From Eledone cirrhosa (Eukaryota), in NCBI GenBank assembly GCA_964016885.1, contig OZ024743.1, forward strand, positions 28,024,001 to 28,088,000: 64,000 bases of DNA. The letters are read 5' to 3'. Positions 13,824 through 27,400 of this stretch are shown here, piece after piece (positions within the stretch are counted from its first letter, which is position 1; every line of letters begins with the position of its first letter). Made by a program: the position numbers and the translations under genes. Below the pieces are notes generated by a model. It saw only the letters and a program-made list of their open reading frames with translations, was not told where the DNA came from and made no database searches.

Positions 13824-16800
13824 ATACAATAATATTAAGAAACTATGGACTTTGCTTCAAGAAACGAGAACGAAATGGGATATGAGATTGACATTCTTTC
13901 AAAAAGATATAATTGATGATGTTGGTAGATTCTAGAATGATCAGGCATTTATATGTGAGTGATAACAGCTAAGGGCGATATGTTTAGGAAGATCACTTGG
14001 AAATCATTAATCTCCATCTGATACAATCCTAAATCTTGTCAAAACAATGATGCACCGATTGGTGTAATAGATATACAATCTTGGATTCATAATTATCCAG
14101 CTCTATCCAGAGAGCATTACACAACCCACGCCCCCCACACACATACACATACACACACAGACATAGACATACACACACACATACACGCACACGCACACAA
14201 ACCATACATCTCTATAAACATATATGCAACTTTATACGATCCAATTATAATATATTTAAATGTCATTTTATAGGAATAGTATGGAAAATAGATGGATTTG
14301 ATATCGTTTCATAGTTTGAAGATGTGTCGTTAGAGGTGGAAGTAGTTATGAGCTTATTGTTCTGTAATATTACGAATTTGCATGACCTTACCAACAACAC
14401 ATGACAAACACCTAGCTAGCGCTTTGGTCAAAATTTGGAAATTATCCAGAATCTCTGATGAAAAAGTCATCCACAAAGACCATTCCGTAATAGTCATGGA
14501 CACTATATTCTCTATGAACAACCTATAGAATCTGATGCTTTTGTATGATGATCCATCACAGAAATTTCAATTATATCAATTGGAATCGAATTCTGTCTGT
14601 ACTCTCATCCATGCATTTAACAAAGTTATTTTCCCTGTATCCCTCAATCCACCCCCTTCTTTGATCTCTTGTGCACTCACGTATCACACATCTTCGAATT
14701 TTCTCAGTCTGCTTCCAGTAAATATCAAATAAGACAAACACATCTAAGATGACTAACCCCTTCCTGGAGAGGGGGGGGGGGGGTCACCTCTCAGTGTTTA
14801 TCGTATCTCAGATGATGTATGATCCTTTAACACCACTCAATCTCTTCTACAGAAAGGATGTAGTAAATCACAGAGGAACGTTTTTAAGTGCACCGTCTCA
14901 TCAGGCACTATTCTATACACGGCTACATCAAAAATATTTCAGCTAATTTCTATTGAAAAACTACACAAAATGTAGACACCACACGCTCATTCCATTCCGG
15001 GGCTATTTATTCACTTCATGCCTGCGCCACGGCGACCCCTCAATATCTTTCGTATATTCGTATCTAAGATTAAACGCCAAGTCTATATAGGTACATTTAG
15101 AAAATTCCTTTTATAACTCTCAGACAGTTGGAAATGTAAAATCAAGTTTCATGTATTTTTATAGTTAAGTTTTATATTGCTAACTGCAAAACAATTTTAG
15201 CAAAAGTCCAAGATTCAAATGCAATATTTTTCATTAATATTAATGATTTTATAACCTTTATCTCGAGATTCGAGAATTTACGAAACAGCATTGACATCCC
15301 ACTCGAACCGCGTAGCCGGAAACTGCTTGCCGAAGACTAACCTCCATAATCTGTATCTACCAGTCATTCTAGACTTAATTCTGCTTCCATAATCTCCCAA
15401 GCTAAACACATATGCACAGCCATCTCTCAATAAAATGAAGCTGGATCGGAGAGGAAGAAGAAAATAAATGATTTAGTGAAAATCTAGTTCATAAAGATAT
15501 TGAATACGCCTTTAAGCAAATGAGATCGTGACGTAGCAAAAATATTCTCATATCTGCTGATGAAAGATTGTTTATCAATATTGTTAAGTATAATAAAACG
15601 TTAATTAACTATTCCGACAAATATCTTTTAACACGGGTTCAATATCAAGAAATCAAATGAAGAAGTTTACGAGAATGTTGGATAACCGTGTGAGTATAAC
15701 ATTGATTTACTTGTGATATGTTATTGCTCTTTACCTCATATAATACATATATTACACATATCTATACTGGTTAACGTTCGACCATCATGTATAACAAAAA
15801 CTGTCGACGCATTAGTCATATAAAGAAAAGACCAATTCAGTTCTCCCAAACCAAATACAGATAACATTGTTATATTGCATAAATATTTTACTACTCACAC
15901 TCTCTACCTCCTAACAAAAATACTACGACAGTATTGCCGTATAGAATTTGGAGAGTAAACAACCACAATCCCAGTAAACTATCTAATTTAAAAAGATACA
16001 TTCTCTAAACTGGGAATATCAAACACAGAAAAAAAAAAGCAAAATGAAACTACCTAACGAAAATTTATTTAACATGCCAAAACAAAATACCAAGTGTGAA
16101 AAGTACAAATAGGAAATAAATAAACGATTCCTTAGTTGTTAACGAAACCAATATCGAAAATATACAACTATAAAAAATATAACATAACATACAAAGAAGT
16201 AGCTGAAATAACAAACAAATCTGAAACAGGTTATAACTAAATCACAAGAATCCATCTTTATGAAAAGCATCAAAGGGTTCTGCCCCGGCTAAATCAATGC
16301 TGTCAAGAACTAGGTAAAATACAGTTGAAATCAATAAAGCAGCAAGGGCGAAGTAACCAAGATAGAAGGAATATTGAGAAAGAATAGAACTAATAAAGGA
16401 ATCACCACAGAAGAAAATATTCAATTTAATTATCTACTCCCAGGTTGAGGACGCATGACTTACAAAAACTGGCTTATCCATGGAAGTGGAAACTATTAAA
16501 ATTACATGTATAACATGCATCACATCTTGACTCATTAATAACGGTTTTTGATTTAGGCACATGGCCAACCATTTTTTTACGGGAATTGAAAGTCGATTAA
16601 ATCGACACCAGTGCATTACTGGTACTCTATTTTATCGACCGTGTAAGGATGAAATGCAAAGCTACCCTCGGCGGGATTTGAACTCATGAAAGTTAGATGA
16701 ACATGTGTATGATTCGTTAATTGGTTAGAACAGTTGATAAGATAGGATGTATTTGAAATCAGTTGATTGGTCCGAAAAATTGCTTACGTAGACCGCTGAT

Positions 16801-18068
16801 ATTTTTTGATGTTAATATGGAAGCTGCTGCTGCTTTTAACGAAGTAGGCGCACTTGTGATTGGTCCAGAATATGGAATAGTATAGAATATGTGCAAGATC
16901 GTCTGAGTAAAAATCAGCTGTTGAGAAAATCGGACGATTTACGTTGGCGTCACAGTCCCGCCTTGAATATAATATTCATTACATTGCTGTCGGTTACATA
17001 CTAGATGTGTGCCTTACCTTAGCTGCCTCAGAATATATAAGAAAACATGACATTGGAATAAACACAAGGAAATGTAAGGTCAGAAACAAAATGTTTATGA
17101 CTGCATAAAAATGAACTAGTGAGAGTCGCTGGGAAAGCAGGGTGATATGAGAAAACTGAACAGATATAAAAGACGAATATACAAGTTTTGTACATTAATT
17201 GATGTTATCTGTTCGAATGGCAATAATAACTCAGTAAATAATGTTGGAGCATCCTCTGAAGTTTGAAATAGGGAGATTATGAAATATAGATTTAAGAGTA
17301 GACATCCTTTATAACAAAGGCGCCCATATTCTGTGCAAAATGCAATCCATAAAGCAAAGATTATTAACAAATATATTCTATTTTAGAATTACAGAAAGGT
17401 TCCCGTAGAGCAGAGTACGTATACTCCTAACAGGCTAACTAATAATGGTATATAATATTGTAATTTTCTGCCAAAATATTCTCATTATTATTTCTTTAAT
17501 AATATTCTATTTACCAAGATTGTTTCAGGCAGTTATGTATTTGCACAAACAAACTATCAACGTCGCTGTCGTTAACACACATCTGTATATTTGTATGGCA
17601 AACATTACAATATCGAGAGAAAGAGCAAGAATACAACCAAAGATTAAGAAAATACAAAGGTAAAGAATAAAAGAAAAATACATACAAAATATATTATATA
17701 TGACTAAGAGGACAAAAAGTTTGTGTGAAGAAAGGGAAACATTCCGATTGCTTTTCTAACTGTACATAACGTGAAGAGGCCAGGAAATTTCTCTTTCATA
17801 CTTATTGCTGTCTGTAAAGTAGATAAAATATTGTTTAATCTGTCACAATGACATTTGATATCAATATAAGACAAATTCGATATAATGTTTACACTAGTAT
17901 ATGTACATAGAGTGGTTTAAGATAAAGAATATACAGGAACATACGCATATGTAAAATCGTATGCACACACTATTACGAACACATACAAAAAAGACATACG
18001 CGTGTATACTCACACATGCACGCTAAAAATCAACGATGCGTATGAGTCTAAGGAAACCTTAGAAAAAA

Positions 18069-18107
<39 letters not shown>

Positions 18108-18142
18108 AAAAAAATGTAGAGGTGTGACACACGAATTGTGAT

Positions 18143-18458
18143 ATATTAGTAAAAAGGAAAAGAAAATGCTGACAACTTTTTCCCAGTGAAAAATAGTTTA
18201 TTTAGGAATAAGTATAAATTAGTAATAAGTATTAGTTAGTATTCAGTTTTAGTTTTAAGTTTTTACCGGTTGCGCATTTCTTATTAAATCACGAGCACTC
18301 TACCTTAAAATTATTTTTGAAAAGCATAAGAAATGCGCAACCGGTAAAATCTTAAAACTAAATACTAACTAATACTTATTACTAATTTATACTTATTCCT
18401 AATTAAACTAGTTTTCACTGGGAAAAATTTGTCAGCATTTTCTTTTCCTTTTTAATAT
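18143..18458. mobile_element. Fold-back pLTR element (~140-bp inverted arms) with HHR-like motif
   Basis: 18143-18285 is the reverse complement of ~18327-18458; HHR-like motif at 18313-18350. Confidence 0.8.
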
Positions 18459-18460
18459 TT

Positions 18461-18643
18461 GTTTCTACTTTTAGGCACAAGGCCAGCAATTACCCAGTGC
18501 ATTACTGGTACTTTATTTTATCGACCCCGTAAAGATGAAAGGCAAAGTTAACCTCGGCGGGATTTGAACTCTGATCGTAAAGGGACGTAACTATGCTGGA
18601 AAGAATGGCGTCCGACCCTCTACCGATACTGCCAATCCACCGC
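18461..18643 (-). mobile_element. tRNA-derived SINE with ~19-bp TSD
   Basis: A box TGGCAGTATCGG and B box GAGTTCAAATCC; central CCGAGGTTAACTTTGCCTTTCATC domain; CTTTTCCTTTTTAATATTT duplicated on both sides. Confidence 0.85.
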
Positions 18644-20169
18644 TCTTTTCCTTTTTAATATTTATATATATATATGCATGCATTCACGATATTTACACAT
18701 ATGTACATATAACTACCTACATATCTACACACACAGACACACACACACACACAAGCATATATATATTAATATATCCATGTATATATTTATATACCACATG
18801 TATACATGCACATATACGTAGGCAAGCATGTGATATATATATATATATATTGATTGTAGCTCAGAGTTTAAATTTTCCGGATCATTGCCAATATTTTGTA
18901 GCTACGAAGATATCTGATATATGTTAATGTCTTATTGGTCGAGCAGTCATATAGTCAACGACCTTCTATGCAAGACCATCCCATCTTTGTTCTTCGTTTA
19001 TATATACGTCGAATTTCATTATCCAATGTGTTCTATTTCAAAAGATAGTAGTGTCCGGTTTATCTTGTAGGGGTTCTTTCTTTAGTTCTAAGTTTACATA
19101 TTGAGTGCTTCCGTGTTATTTTTAATTCTTATACATTCGAGCCTCTTGCATACTGACTTCAAATCCCGCCGCGGTTCACTTTGCTTTTCATGCTTCTGTG
19201 ATCGATGAATAAAGTCTTGGCCAGTGGAGTGTCGGTATTTGTTTCGTCTCTCTTCTTTCTGAGTTAGCCAATTTATGTGGAAGACTTAATCTGTCACCTG
19301 TTTTAAGACAACCACCTGACACCTGGGAGCCTTCAGCGAAGTCTATTTCGTAGCACGTATTCTGACCAGGGTGGCGTTTAGAGAATGTTTTCTTCCTTTC
19401 TTGCCTGGAATTCTTGGTGGTCCCTGAAAAGTGCTACGGCTCTTTTTCCTGAAAAAGCAATACAAATATATACTAATTAAGTATCGGCCAACGTACCAAC
19501 GAGGTATTCTCCTCCGTGGCTGACACGTTTGAAAATAACAACCAAATCTCCTCTAACTAAACAAAGTTACACAGCAAAATATGATCGCTGGGATTATTGT
19601 GACGACAACTAGAACGACTTTGATTATAGTCCCATCGATCACGAGTGACCTGCGGTTAAAGAACAACAATATTAGCGACAACAGTGAGGCCCAGGATCGA
19701 CTTTATTAAAAAGAAAATGTCAAAATGTTTTAAAGAAAACTTTCAATGAAAACAAAACAAAACAAAAATGTAATGTGATTGAAAACAATACAGCTTGTCA
19801 TCAACTCTTAACATTTTATCACGATTTAGGAGAAAATATCTAAAAATTAGTTTGTCAATTCAAATGTTTATAGAACCTTATTTGTTGGATATATTCTTAT
19901 GGCAATCTGCAGTGAAATAAGTAGACTAATTTTTGATGTGATGCAGTTATAGTGTTTTTTTAATACTTTTCAGGTATGTCTTGTTAACTTAGTTTCATGT
20001 GGTACAGAACGTTAAGCGTTAATTAGACTGGAAGAAGGTGATTGTCAGCAACTTCCCTCTATTGTTTCCCTTATGAGACATGCACAAGTGAACGCAGTAT
20101 GGATGAATGGTTACGAAGATTCCGAATTTAATTTAGGGCAATTTTTATTTACTGTAGCCACGCGTCGAC

Positions 20170-20415
20170 CCAAGCCTTATAATTGAAATCGTGTAGACAG
20201 AAACCTTTTGTAAGCTTGTCGGATGGACTGTACTTGTAATTCAGCGTGACGAAGAGTCTAGTCACACACTGTGACACCCAGAATGTCCCAGATAATAACA
20301 TTAAAGAGACACGTGTCTGAGGAATGCTCAACAAATTTGCCCATTAATTACCCTAGTAGGTTGTTCCGTAGATCGAACAACTGGACTACTCATTGTTGAA
20401 ACCGTCGGAGGTCCA
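20170..20415 (+). mobile_element. Degenerate 3' part of a SINE
   Basis: GACACGTGTCTG..GGTTGTTCCGTAGATCGAACAACTGGA resembles the tail of an octopus SINE (recalled, not searched). Confidence 0.45.
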
Positions 20416-21003
20416 TTCCATTTTACACGTGTATTTGTAGGCAATCACATTTATCATAAGGATTATATCTATTAAATTACTGTTATCCATATTATTGACT
20501 CCCATCTAATACCCATAAACATATAAGATGAAAAGCTGAATAGGATTCGTTTTTTTAGAACTTAGAACCGCGAGGGAGCTAACTAGAAAATCTTCTAGTT
20601 TTCAATTTGATGTTCACATGTTTAAACCTAAGTGAACCGAATAAAAAGTTTTAACCACAAACCTGGAGATTACTAAGACAAAGGTAATTGTATAGTGTTC
20701 ATTGATTTCATATATGACTATATATGTAAAAGTCTATTATTGTAGAGCGTGACCTTTATACCTTTCTCTTGAGAATTATTGATATTTCTGACCGAGCATT
20801 GAAATCGGCTCACAAAGTCAAATGTCTTAATATTCATAAAAAGGTTTGTATACCACGTAAAACAAGTGACCCTTCCTTCCTTATAGTATATGTTGACTAT
20901 CGCAGATACAATCTGCCCACTGTGAGTAACTAATTATCATGTGCCTTTTCTACAAATTATATATTCCTTTATTTAATAGTTTATTATGGCTAATAAATAG
21001 CAG

Positions 21004-21199
21004 CAGACCTGCCAACCTCTAAAAACCCAAACGGGGAGTACCAGGAAAAGAAAGTGCCCCAAAACGGGGAGAAATGAAGCAAAATTGGAAGGTTTTACAT
21101 AATGAAAGCTATACTCACTTTCACAAAAGAAGACATCTCTCATCCACCCCAAAGTGGGTGGGAGATCTCCCCTTCCGACGCGGAGAGTTGACAAGTCTA
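21004..21199. mobile_element. MITE copy 1 (~196 bp, hAT-like TIRs)
   Basis: CAGACCTGCCAAC...GTTGACAAGTCT ends; second copy at 35836-36031. Confidence 0.8.
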
Positions 21200-22159
21200 T
21201 AATAGTGACACCGAAATTCTAAATTAAGGCAGGATACCCTAAACACATTTCAACCGGTAAAAATGCAAAAGTTCAACACTTTATATTTACTTTTAAAAAC
21301 AAAACATTATAATTACACTATTGCAAATCCCGCACAGGAAAATAATTCCACTTTTCTGTGTTCACTTTTCTGCTTGCTCTAAGCACGTATTTCTTTTGTT
21401 TAATGGTTAATCCTGTTCTATAAGCGATGAATCCTATGAGTGACCTTTATGGAATGCTGAGCTGCAAAATAATTAAATCAGAAATTCTCATAATATTACG
21501 TCCATTTACAAAACTTATATTTACAGTAGTAGCTATTTGTTTGAAATTACCAATATTTTCACAACATTATACTTCTCAGAAATATCTCTGAATGTCCCCG
21601 TCACTACAACGTAACATCCACGTTTTAATTGAACCAATCTTTGTATGTTTTGTCCCCCATTTCCTACAGTGTTACTATGAAAGATTACTCAGCCTTTGTT
21701 CAGATTTAATGCTAGATGATATACTGTTATTACAGGCTTCTCCATGCATTCGCCTTCTTATTGTTTTCAGTTTTACATATCGTATACAATTTATCAGTTT
21801 AATATTACAGCTTTGTAGATTGTATACATTACAAAATCTTCTTAATCCTAACATTTCCGTCAATATTTTCGTTGTCAAGATATATTTAGATATATTTATA
21901 GTCCATCTTTTCTCTGAGTTGTCTACTATATTCGGCATATTGATATAGCTAAAGAAAGAAAGTCTGCACACTCGGTCGTCTTGCTAGAAATACCAATCAA
22001 ATCTATTTTGAATCGTACACAACTGTTTTAATAGTGAACGAACGCATTGCATAATGTAGTTCTAGATATACCCTACATACACAAGAATAGCGTGCTCAAA
22101 GCTAGAAACATTTTGATAGTAGGTCTGTTTGATACGTTCCAAAAATAATAACACACAAG

Positions 22160-22199
<40 letters not shown>

Positions 22200-22201
<2 letters not shown>

Positions 22202-22530
22202 CGGCGATGAATTTGTTTTGCAAGGTTTTTTACATGAAATAATGTGTAGAAACAAATATTGTTATACTTGGGAGGGTCATATTGTTGTAATAATATTACC
22301 AGAAATAATTGTTTCTACTTTTGGCAAAAGGCCAGCAATTATCCAGTGCATTACTGGTACTTTATTTTATCGACCCCGTAAGGATGAAAGGCAAAGTTAA
22401 CCTCGGCGCGATTTGAACTCAGAATGGCAAGGGCCGTACTCTATGCGTCAAAGCATGGCGTCCGACCCTCTATCGATACTGCCAATCCATCTGGCAATAT
22501 TATTGCAAGAATAGGACCCTCCCCAAGTAT
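22200..22530. mobile_element. Fold-back pLTR element (family A-like) with a SINE at its centre
   Basis: Arms ATTGTTATACTTGGGAGGGTC.. and ..GACCCTCCCCAAGTATAACAAT; SINE at ~22305-22489. Confidence 0.75.
22305..22489 (-). mobile_element. tRNA-derived SINE (same family as 18461)
   Basis: Near-identical A box, B box, central domain and GTAGAAACAATT tail. Confidence 0.85.
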
Positions 22531-22576
<46 letters not shown>

Positions 22577-22578
<2 letters not shown>

Positions 22579-23108
22579 CGAAGGAAATGTGGTAAGGAAC
22601 CAGATGGACCATAACGCACCAAAGTACTCAATACTTAGGGTAGTAGAGTGGGTAATAGGAACGTTCCTATTACCCACTATATTACCCTAAGTATTGAGTA
22701 TTTTGGTGCGTTATCTTCGTAATCTAGCTCCTATTCCAGTAGTAGAGCACTTTCCGACCCTACCACGCCGTATCCAGACTTTTCCGCTAAGCTCAAGTTC
22801 TTTCACCCGCACCATGCGAAAACACAACATCGACTTCTCCACCAAGAACATCCCAGTTCCACCGAGAAAACGTTACCTTCGGATGCTCACGAAAAAAATC
22901 GACCTCTTTGCGAAAAGACTTAGATGGAGAACTTTTTTCTTCGACAGATATTGCGACAATCAGGACTTCGATACCAGGGAGAGATTCGGATTTAATACCT
23001 ACAAATCTCCCCCTCCGAACCCTATGCTCTCACCCTTCGAGAATGACCTTTTCCAACTGGTCAAGAGCATTAAATTCAAACCCAGACATTCTTGGGGTCC
23101 TACTCGTT

Positions 23109-23112
<4 letters not shown>
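22577..23112 (+). mobile_element. PLE fragment: inverted pLTR + ORF N-terminus + pLTR end (family C)
   Basis: Hairpin at 22614-22713. MRKHNIDFSTKNIPVP..KRLRWRTFFF..FGFN..PP..FENDL at 22814-23085 resembles the N-terminus of Neptune-type PLE ORFs. Confidence 0.75.
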
Positions 23113-23175
<63 letters not shown>

Positions 23176-23539
23176 TTAAGGATACTATTTATGGTTATGC
23201 ATATACAAAAACCTTTTGTAGTTATATATATTTTTACAAACCCTAAATAGTGATAGGTAGTAATATATTACTACCTTATTACCACGTAATGCTTGCCACA
23301 CGTGTAACTATTGCACACACTAACTGCTTCTGATTATCCTATCGCATTAATTTCATGTTGTATTTTAACTTTAATTTTAATTTTTATCCTCTTTTGATAT
23401 GAATGTAATCTTTAAATGTATACTGCCACGCTAAATGTTATAATGGATGTCGACCCACCAAGCAACAATATTTGCATATGTATCTGTATGTCTCTTGGGT
23501 TGAAAAGGAGGTTATATATGTGATCATTCATTAATAAAT

Positions 23540-23586
23540 TGCTCCGAAGAATCCAAACCTCAGTTTGGAGGAAACAATTGTAAGCA
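23540..23586 (+). ncRNA. Minimal type I hammerhead ribozyme (U4C variant)
   Basis: TGCT-CCGAAGA-A-TCCAAAC/GTTTGGA-G-GAA-ACAATTGT (palindrome)-A-AGCA; GUA site. Confidence 0.7.
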
Positions 23587-23634
23587 TATAAATGATTTGA
23601 ACAGAACTTTGATTCTTATAACTTATATATATAT

Positions 23635-24623
23635 ATTAGAAAGTGAGGTTTTTTTTACAAAATGAAAAATAACCGCGGTGTCCTACACAAGTGAAAGTAT
23701 AAAGAAAAAAAGATGAAATCGAAAATGCAACTGGAGTCTTATTTAAAAAAAAAATATATATTTTTATTTGGTTCCTTTACCGGTTTCGCAGTTCTTCTGC
23801 TTTTCAAAAGTAGAGTTGAGATGGAGGGTCTGTGGTTTTTCTCACATCTGGTTGGTCTCTGAATGTTACTTGTTTTATATGGAAAAAGTGGCTCGAAATG
23901 CCAGGTTTTTCGAGAAGTAATTTGATTGGTTTGTCAATAATTATAATAAATTTCGCGCCAGTTCGCGTTACAAAGTTCTTCAAACAAGGGGGGGGGGTGT
24001 CACAGGTTGTTTTTTCATATATGAGTGTTTGAATTTCTTTTTACTTAAAAAAAAGGGGGGGGGGGCTCACGAAGAGTTTTTTTTAATAAACGTAAGTTGA
24101 TAGGTTATAAATGAAATTATGGCTGTCACGTGAACAAGTTTTCATTAAATTTTCGCGCCCTTATTTGGAAATCTATTCTGTAGCCTTTTTAGAGAATTTT
24201 ATGACAAGCAAAAGATAATGGTCAAGAGAAATGGGATGGGAGAATTGTTCTGGTTCAGTGAATATAGTTAGTTCGCCGGGTTGTCAGAGTTCAGATTTTC
24301 TATTGAATAAAGAAAGTAAAGATATGTATGTTTATTTGTGTACTTGTGTGTGTGTGTGTATTGGAAGATGATTCTATTAATAGAAATGGGGGAGGGAGTT
24401 GTGTGTGTGTGTATATGGGTGTTATGTGTGTGGGGGTATGTTAAGATGGAGAGAATATATATTTTGTGTGTTTGTATATATGTGTGTAGGAAAGTGATTC
24501 TATTAGTAGAAATGAGGGAGGGAGTTGTGTGTGATTGGGTGTGGGGGTTGTTATGTGTGTGTATGGGTTTTATGTGTGTGGGAGTATGGTTAGCAGGTTA
24601 AGATGAAGAGAATATATATATAT

Positions 24624-24684
<61 letters not shown>

Positions 24685-26650
24685 GAAAATGATTCCTTTA
24701 GTAGGAATATTTTTGAATGAACATATTTTCCTTACTTATTCGTATTTGTTCTGTTGTATTGTCAGTGCAAACGTATGTTAAGGTTTATTTAGTTCGGGTT
24801 TTTATTTTCTAAAGTAGAAGGTGTTATGTGTGTGTGTGTATGTGTCTGTTTGGATGGTTAGCATGTTATGGTGTTGACATAATGTATATTAAACCATATT
24901 TAATGCTGGTCTATATTTTTGAATAAACATATTTTCCTTATTTATTCGTATTTGTTCTGTTGTATTGTTAGCGCAAAGGTAAAATGGAATTTGGGTGTCT
25001 TATTACTTGCGCATATGTCTAGATGTGCGCTTAGTGGTATCTGTCTCGTGGTTGGATCTCGTAATTGTTGGCGATGAACTGTCATTCTGTTTCTGAGTGT
25101 GAGTTTAGTTTGTCCTATATAATTTTCATTGCATCCTTCACATTTAATGGCATAAATTAGATTTTTTGATGAGCAAGTGAAGTGATTTTTTACAGTAAAA
25201 TGTTGTCCTGATTTAAATGTATACGTGTTGCCTTCAATGAGGTGAGTGCAGGTTCCACAATTAGAACGACCACATTTTTTGACACTTGGTTGTGGGTTTG
25301 TGGTAGGTAATTTGGCATTGGTGAGTAATGTTTTCAGTAATTTCGGTTGTCTTTTGCTTTTGATTCTTGGGTTTTGTTTTAGTAGTGGGATGTTCTTGTG
25401 AATAGTGTTGTAAGCTTCCGCATTTCTTGGGTTGTGTGTTGAGATATATGATAGAATATTGAACGTACCTTGAATTTGTTTCTGTTTTCGTAATTCATCA
25501 ATGCCTATTGCTTTAGCCCTTTCTATTCCATTATTTATTAGTAATAGTGGGTACTCTCTTTCGAGTAGAATTTCCTTTAATTCTTGAAGTCTTTTATTTC
25601 GCGTTTCATAATTGGAGACAATTGTGCAAATTCTTCTTGCTAGGTTAAAAGGAATGTTCGTCTTCGAGTGCTTTGGATTGTTGGAGGTGAATAGCAAGTA
25701 TTGTTTGGAATCTGTTGGTTTGTAGTGTATGTCAATTTCAATATTTGTGTCTTTTTTAAAGATTAAGATGTCCAGAAATGGGAGTTGATCTTGGCTGTAT
25801 TCCATTGTGAATTGGATGTGGTTATTGATGCCGTTTATTAAGTTTTTGAAATCCTTCAGTTGGTCGAGTGTGTGGGACCAAAGAATGAGACAATCATCCA
25901 AGTAGCGTTTCCAATTCTCTGATAAATATTTGTGGAAGTTCAATCCGTATTTTGATTTGGACTGTTCATATATCTGGACTTCTAAGTATGCCATGACTAA
26001 GTTGGCATAAGTTGGAGCGGCTTTTGTACCCATCGCAGTCCCCGATATTTGCTTGTAAGTACTGCCATCGAAATCAAAAAGTTGTTCTGTAAGATGAATT
26101 TTAATCCCTCCGTGATGAAGCTTTTTTCTATTCTGTCAGATATCTCTATTGGGATATTTCTCTAGCCATAATCCTATTGCTTCTAGTCCGTATTGGTGTG
26201 CGATCGTTGTGTAGAGATTCACTACATCGAAAGACACAATAATAGTGTCGTTGTTGACATGTTTGGGGAGGTGGTTTAAGGGGTCCAGATCGTCTCTTAC
26301 AAGGCTTGGTATGTGTTTGAGAATTGGTTTTAGTAGTATGTCTATAAAGTTGCTCAGTCTGTGTGTTTCACATTGTGGGCCCGCTACAATTGGTCTTAAT
26401 TTAAGGTCTGTGGGGTATTGTGTGTTTACGCAGGCTGAGGTGGATTGTTCACAGGCATCGTTAATTATTTTACACTTGTGGATCTTCGGAAGTCCGTAAA
26501 GGTTGCTGGTTTTGTATTCAAAATGTGTTAAATAATCGCGTTCCTTTTTAGTTAGGTCTTCCTGGTATCGATAATTCAGTGTCATAATATCGATAGTATC
26601 GATAATTCAGTATCGATAATTCTGGTCATTGTTTTTGATTGCTGGTAGTT
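23635..26650 (-). mobile_element. Penelope-like element (RT + GIY-YIG), 5'-truncated, with 3' pLTR
   Basis: LYGLPKIHK, LRPIV, VSFDVVNLYT, MGTKAAPTYANL, RYLDDC, LPFLDI, NLIYAIKC..YIGQT in ORFs 26136-26585 and 24942-26033; HHR motif at 23775-23810. Confidence 0.9.
23775..23810 (-). ncRNA. Minimal type I hammerhead ribozyme, U3-A8 core variant
   Basis: CTT-TTGAAAA-GCAG/CTGC-GAA-ACCGGT-A-AAG. Confidence 0.7.
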
Positions 26651-26696
26651 TTTTACTCTTTCATAGTAATTAGTATTTTGTAAGAGAGAGAAAATA

Positions 26697-26732
<36 letters not shown>

Positions 26733-26734
<2 letters not shown>

Positions 26735-27050
26735 AGGAAGTTATAGTTCACTTGAAGCATTGTGTAATGAGGTATACACGTTTGTATATGTATAATAAAG
26801 CCAAAACAATGGAGGTATGGACGTAGAATAAAGAATGCAAATGCAAAAGATATTGTTGACAATTAGTCTTTTACCTTAGATTTATTTAAATGTCCTTAAT
26901 TTTCGAGATAATATCTCTTCTTCAGAGAGAAGTAAAGTGGTTAAACCAGTGTTCTAAATAGCTTGCCAAGTCATGCTGACTTATTCTTTATTCTATGTCC
27001 ATACCTGCATTGTTTTGGCTTTATTATACATATACAAACGTTTATACACC
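26733..27050. mobile_element. Fold-back pLTR element with HHR-like motif
   Basis: Inverted arms ~26777-26836 and ~26983-27046; minus-strand CTGAAGA-A-GAGAT/ATCTC-GAAAATTA at ~26892-26930. Confidence 0.7.
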
Positions 27051-27092
27051 ATATATATATATATATTTTTTTTTTCTTTATGTCGTTTGGAA

Positions 27093-27167
<75 letters not shown>

Positions 27168-27172
<5 letters not shown>

Positions 27173-27329
27173 GATATTAATAAATGGAAACTATATTTAT
27201 AAAACCATATTTATAAATATAGTTTCCATTTATTAATATCGTATATCTACTCCAAAAATTTGTCGAGTGCTTTATATCAGTTATAAAAATATTTACTTGT
27301 TGTATCCCAAAAATTTTAAATAGAACTTT

Positions 27330-27332
<3 letters not shown>
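27168..27332. mobile_element. Collapsed fold-back pLTR element, family B
   Basis: Palindrome 27168-27245 plus ~86-nt tail; same sequence as 34717-35153 and 63322-63485. Confidence 0.8.

Positions 27333-27396
<64 letters not shown>

Positions 27397-27400
<4 letters not shown>

Noticed and set aside
14340-15100. Possible integrase-like relic or host exon
   Set aside because: No continuous frame or recognisable motifs.
16930-17400. SESRWESRV, resembling the hAT RW motif
   Set aside because: Too short and degraded to define an element.
21480-21971. Paired ORFs, possibly a decayed transposase
   Set aside because: No convincing catalytic motifs by eye.
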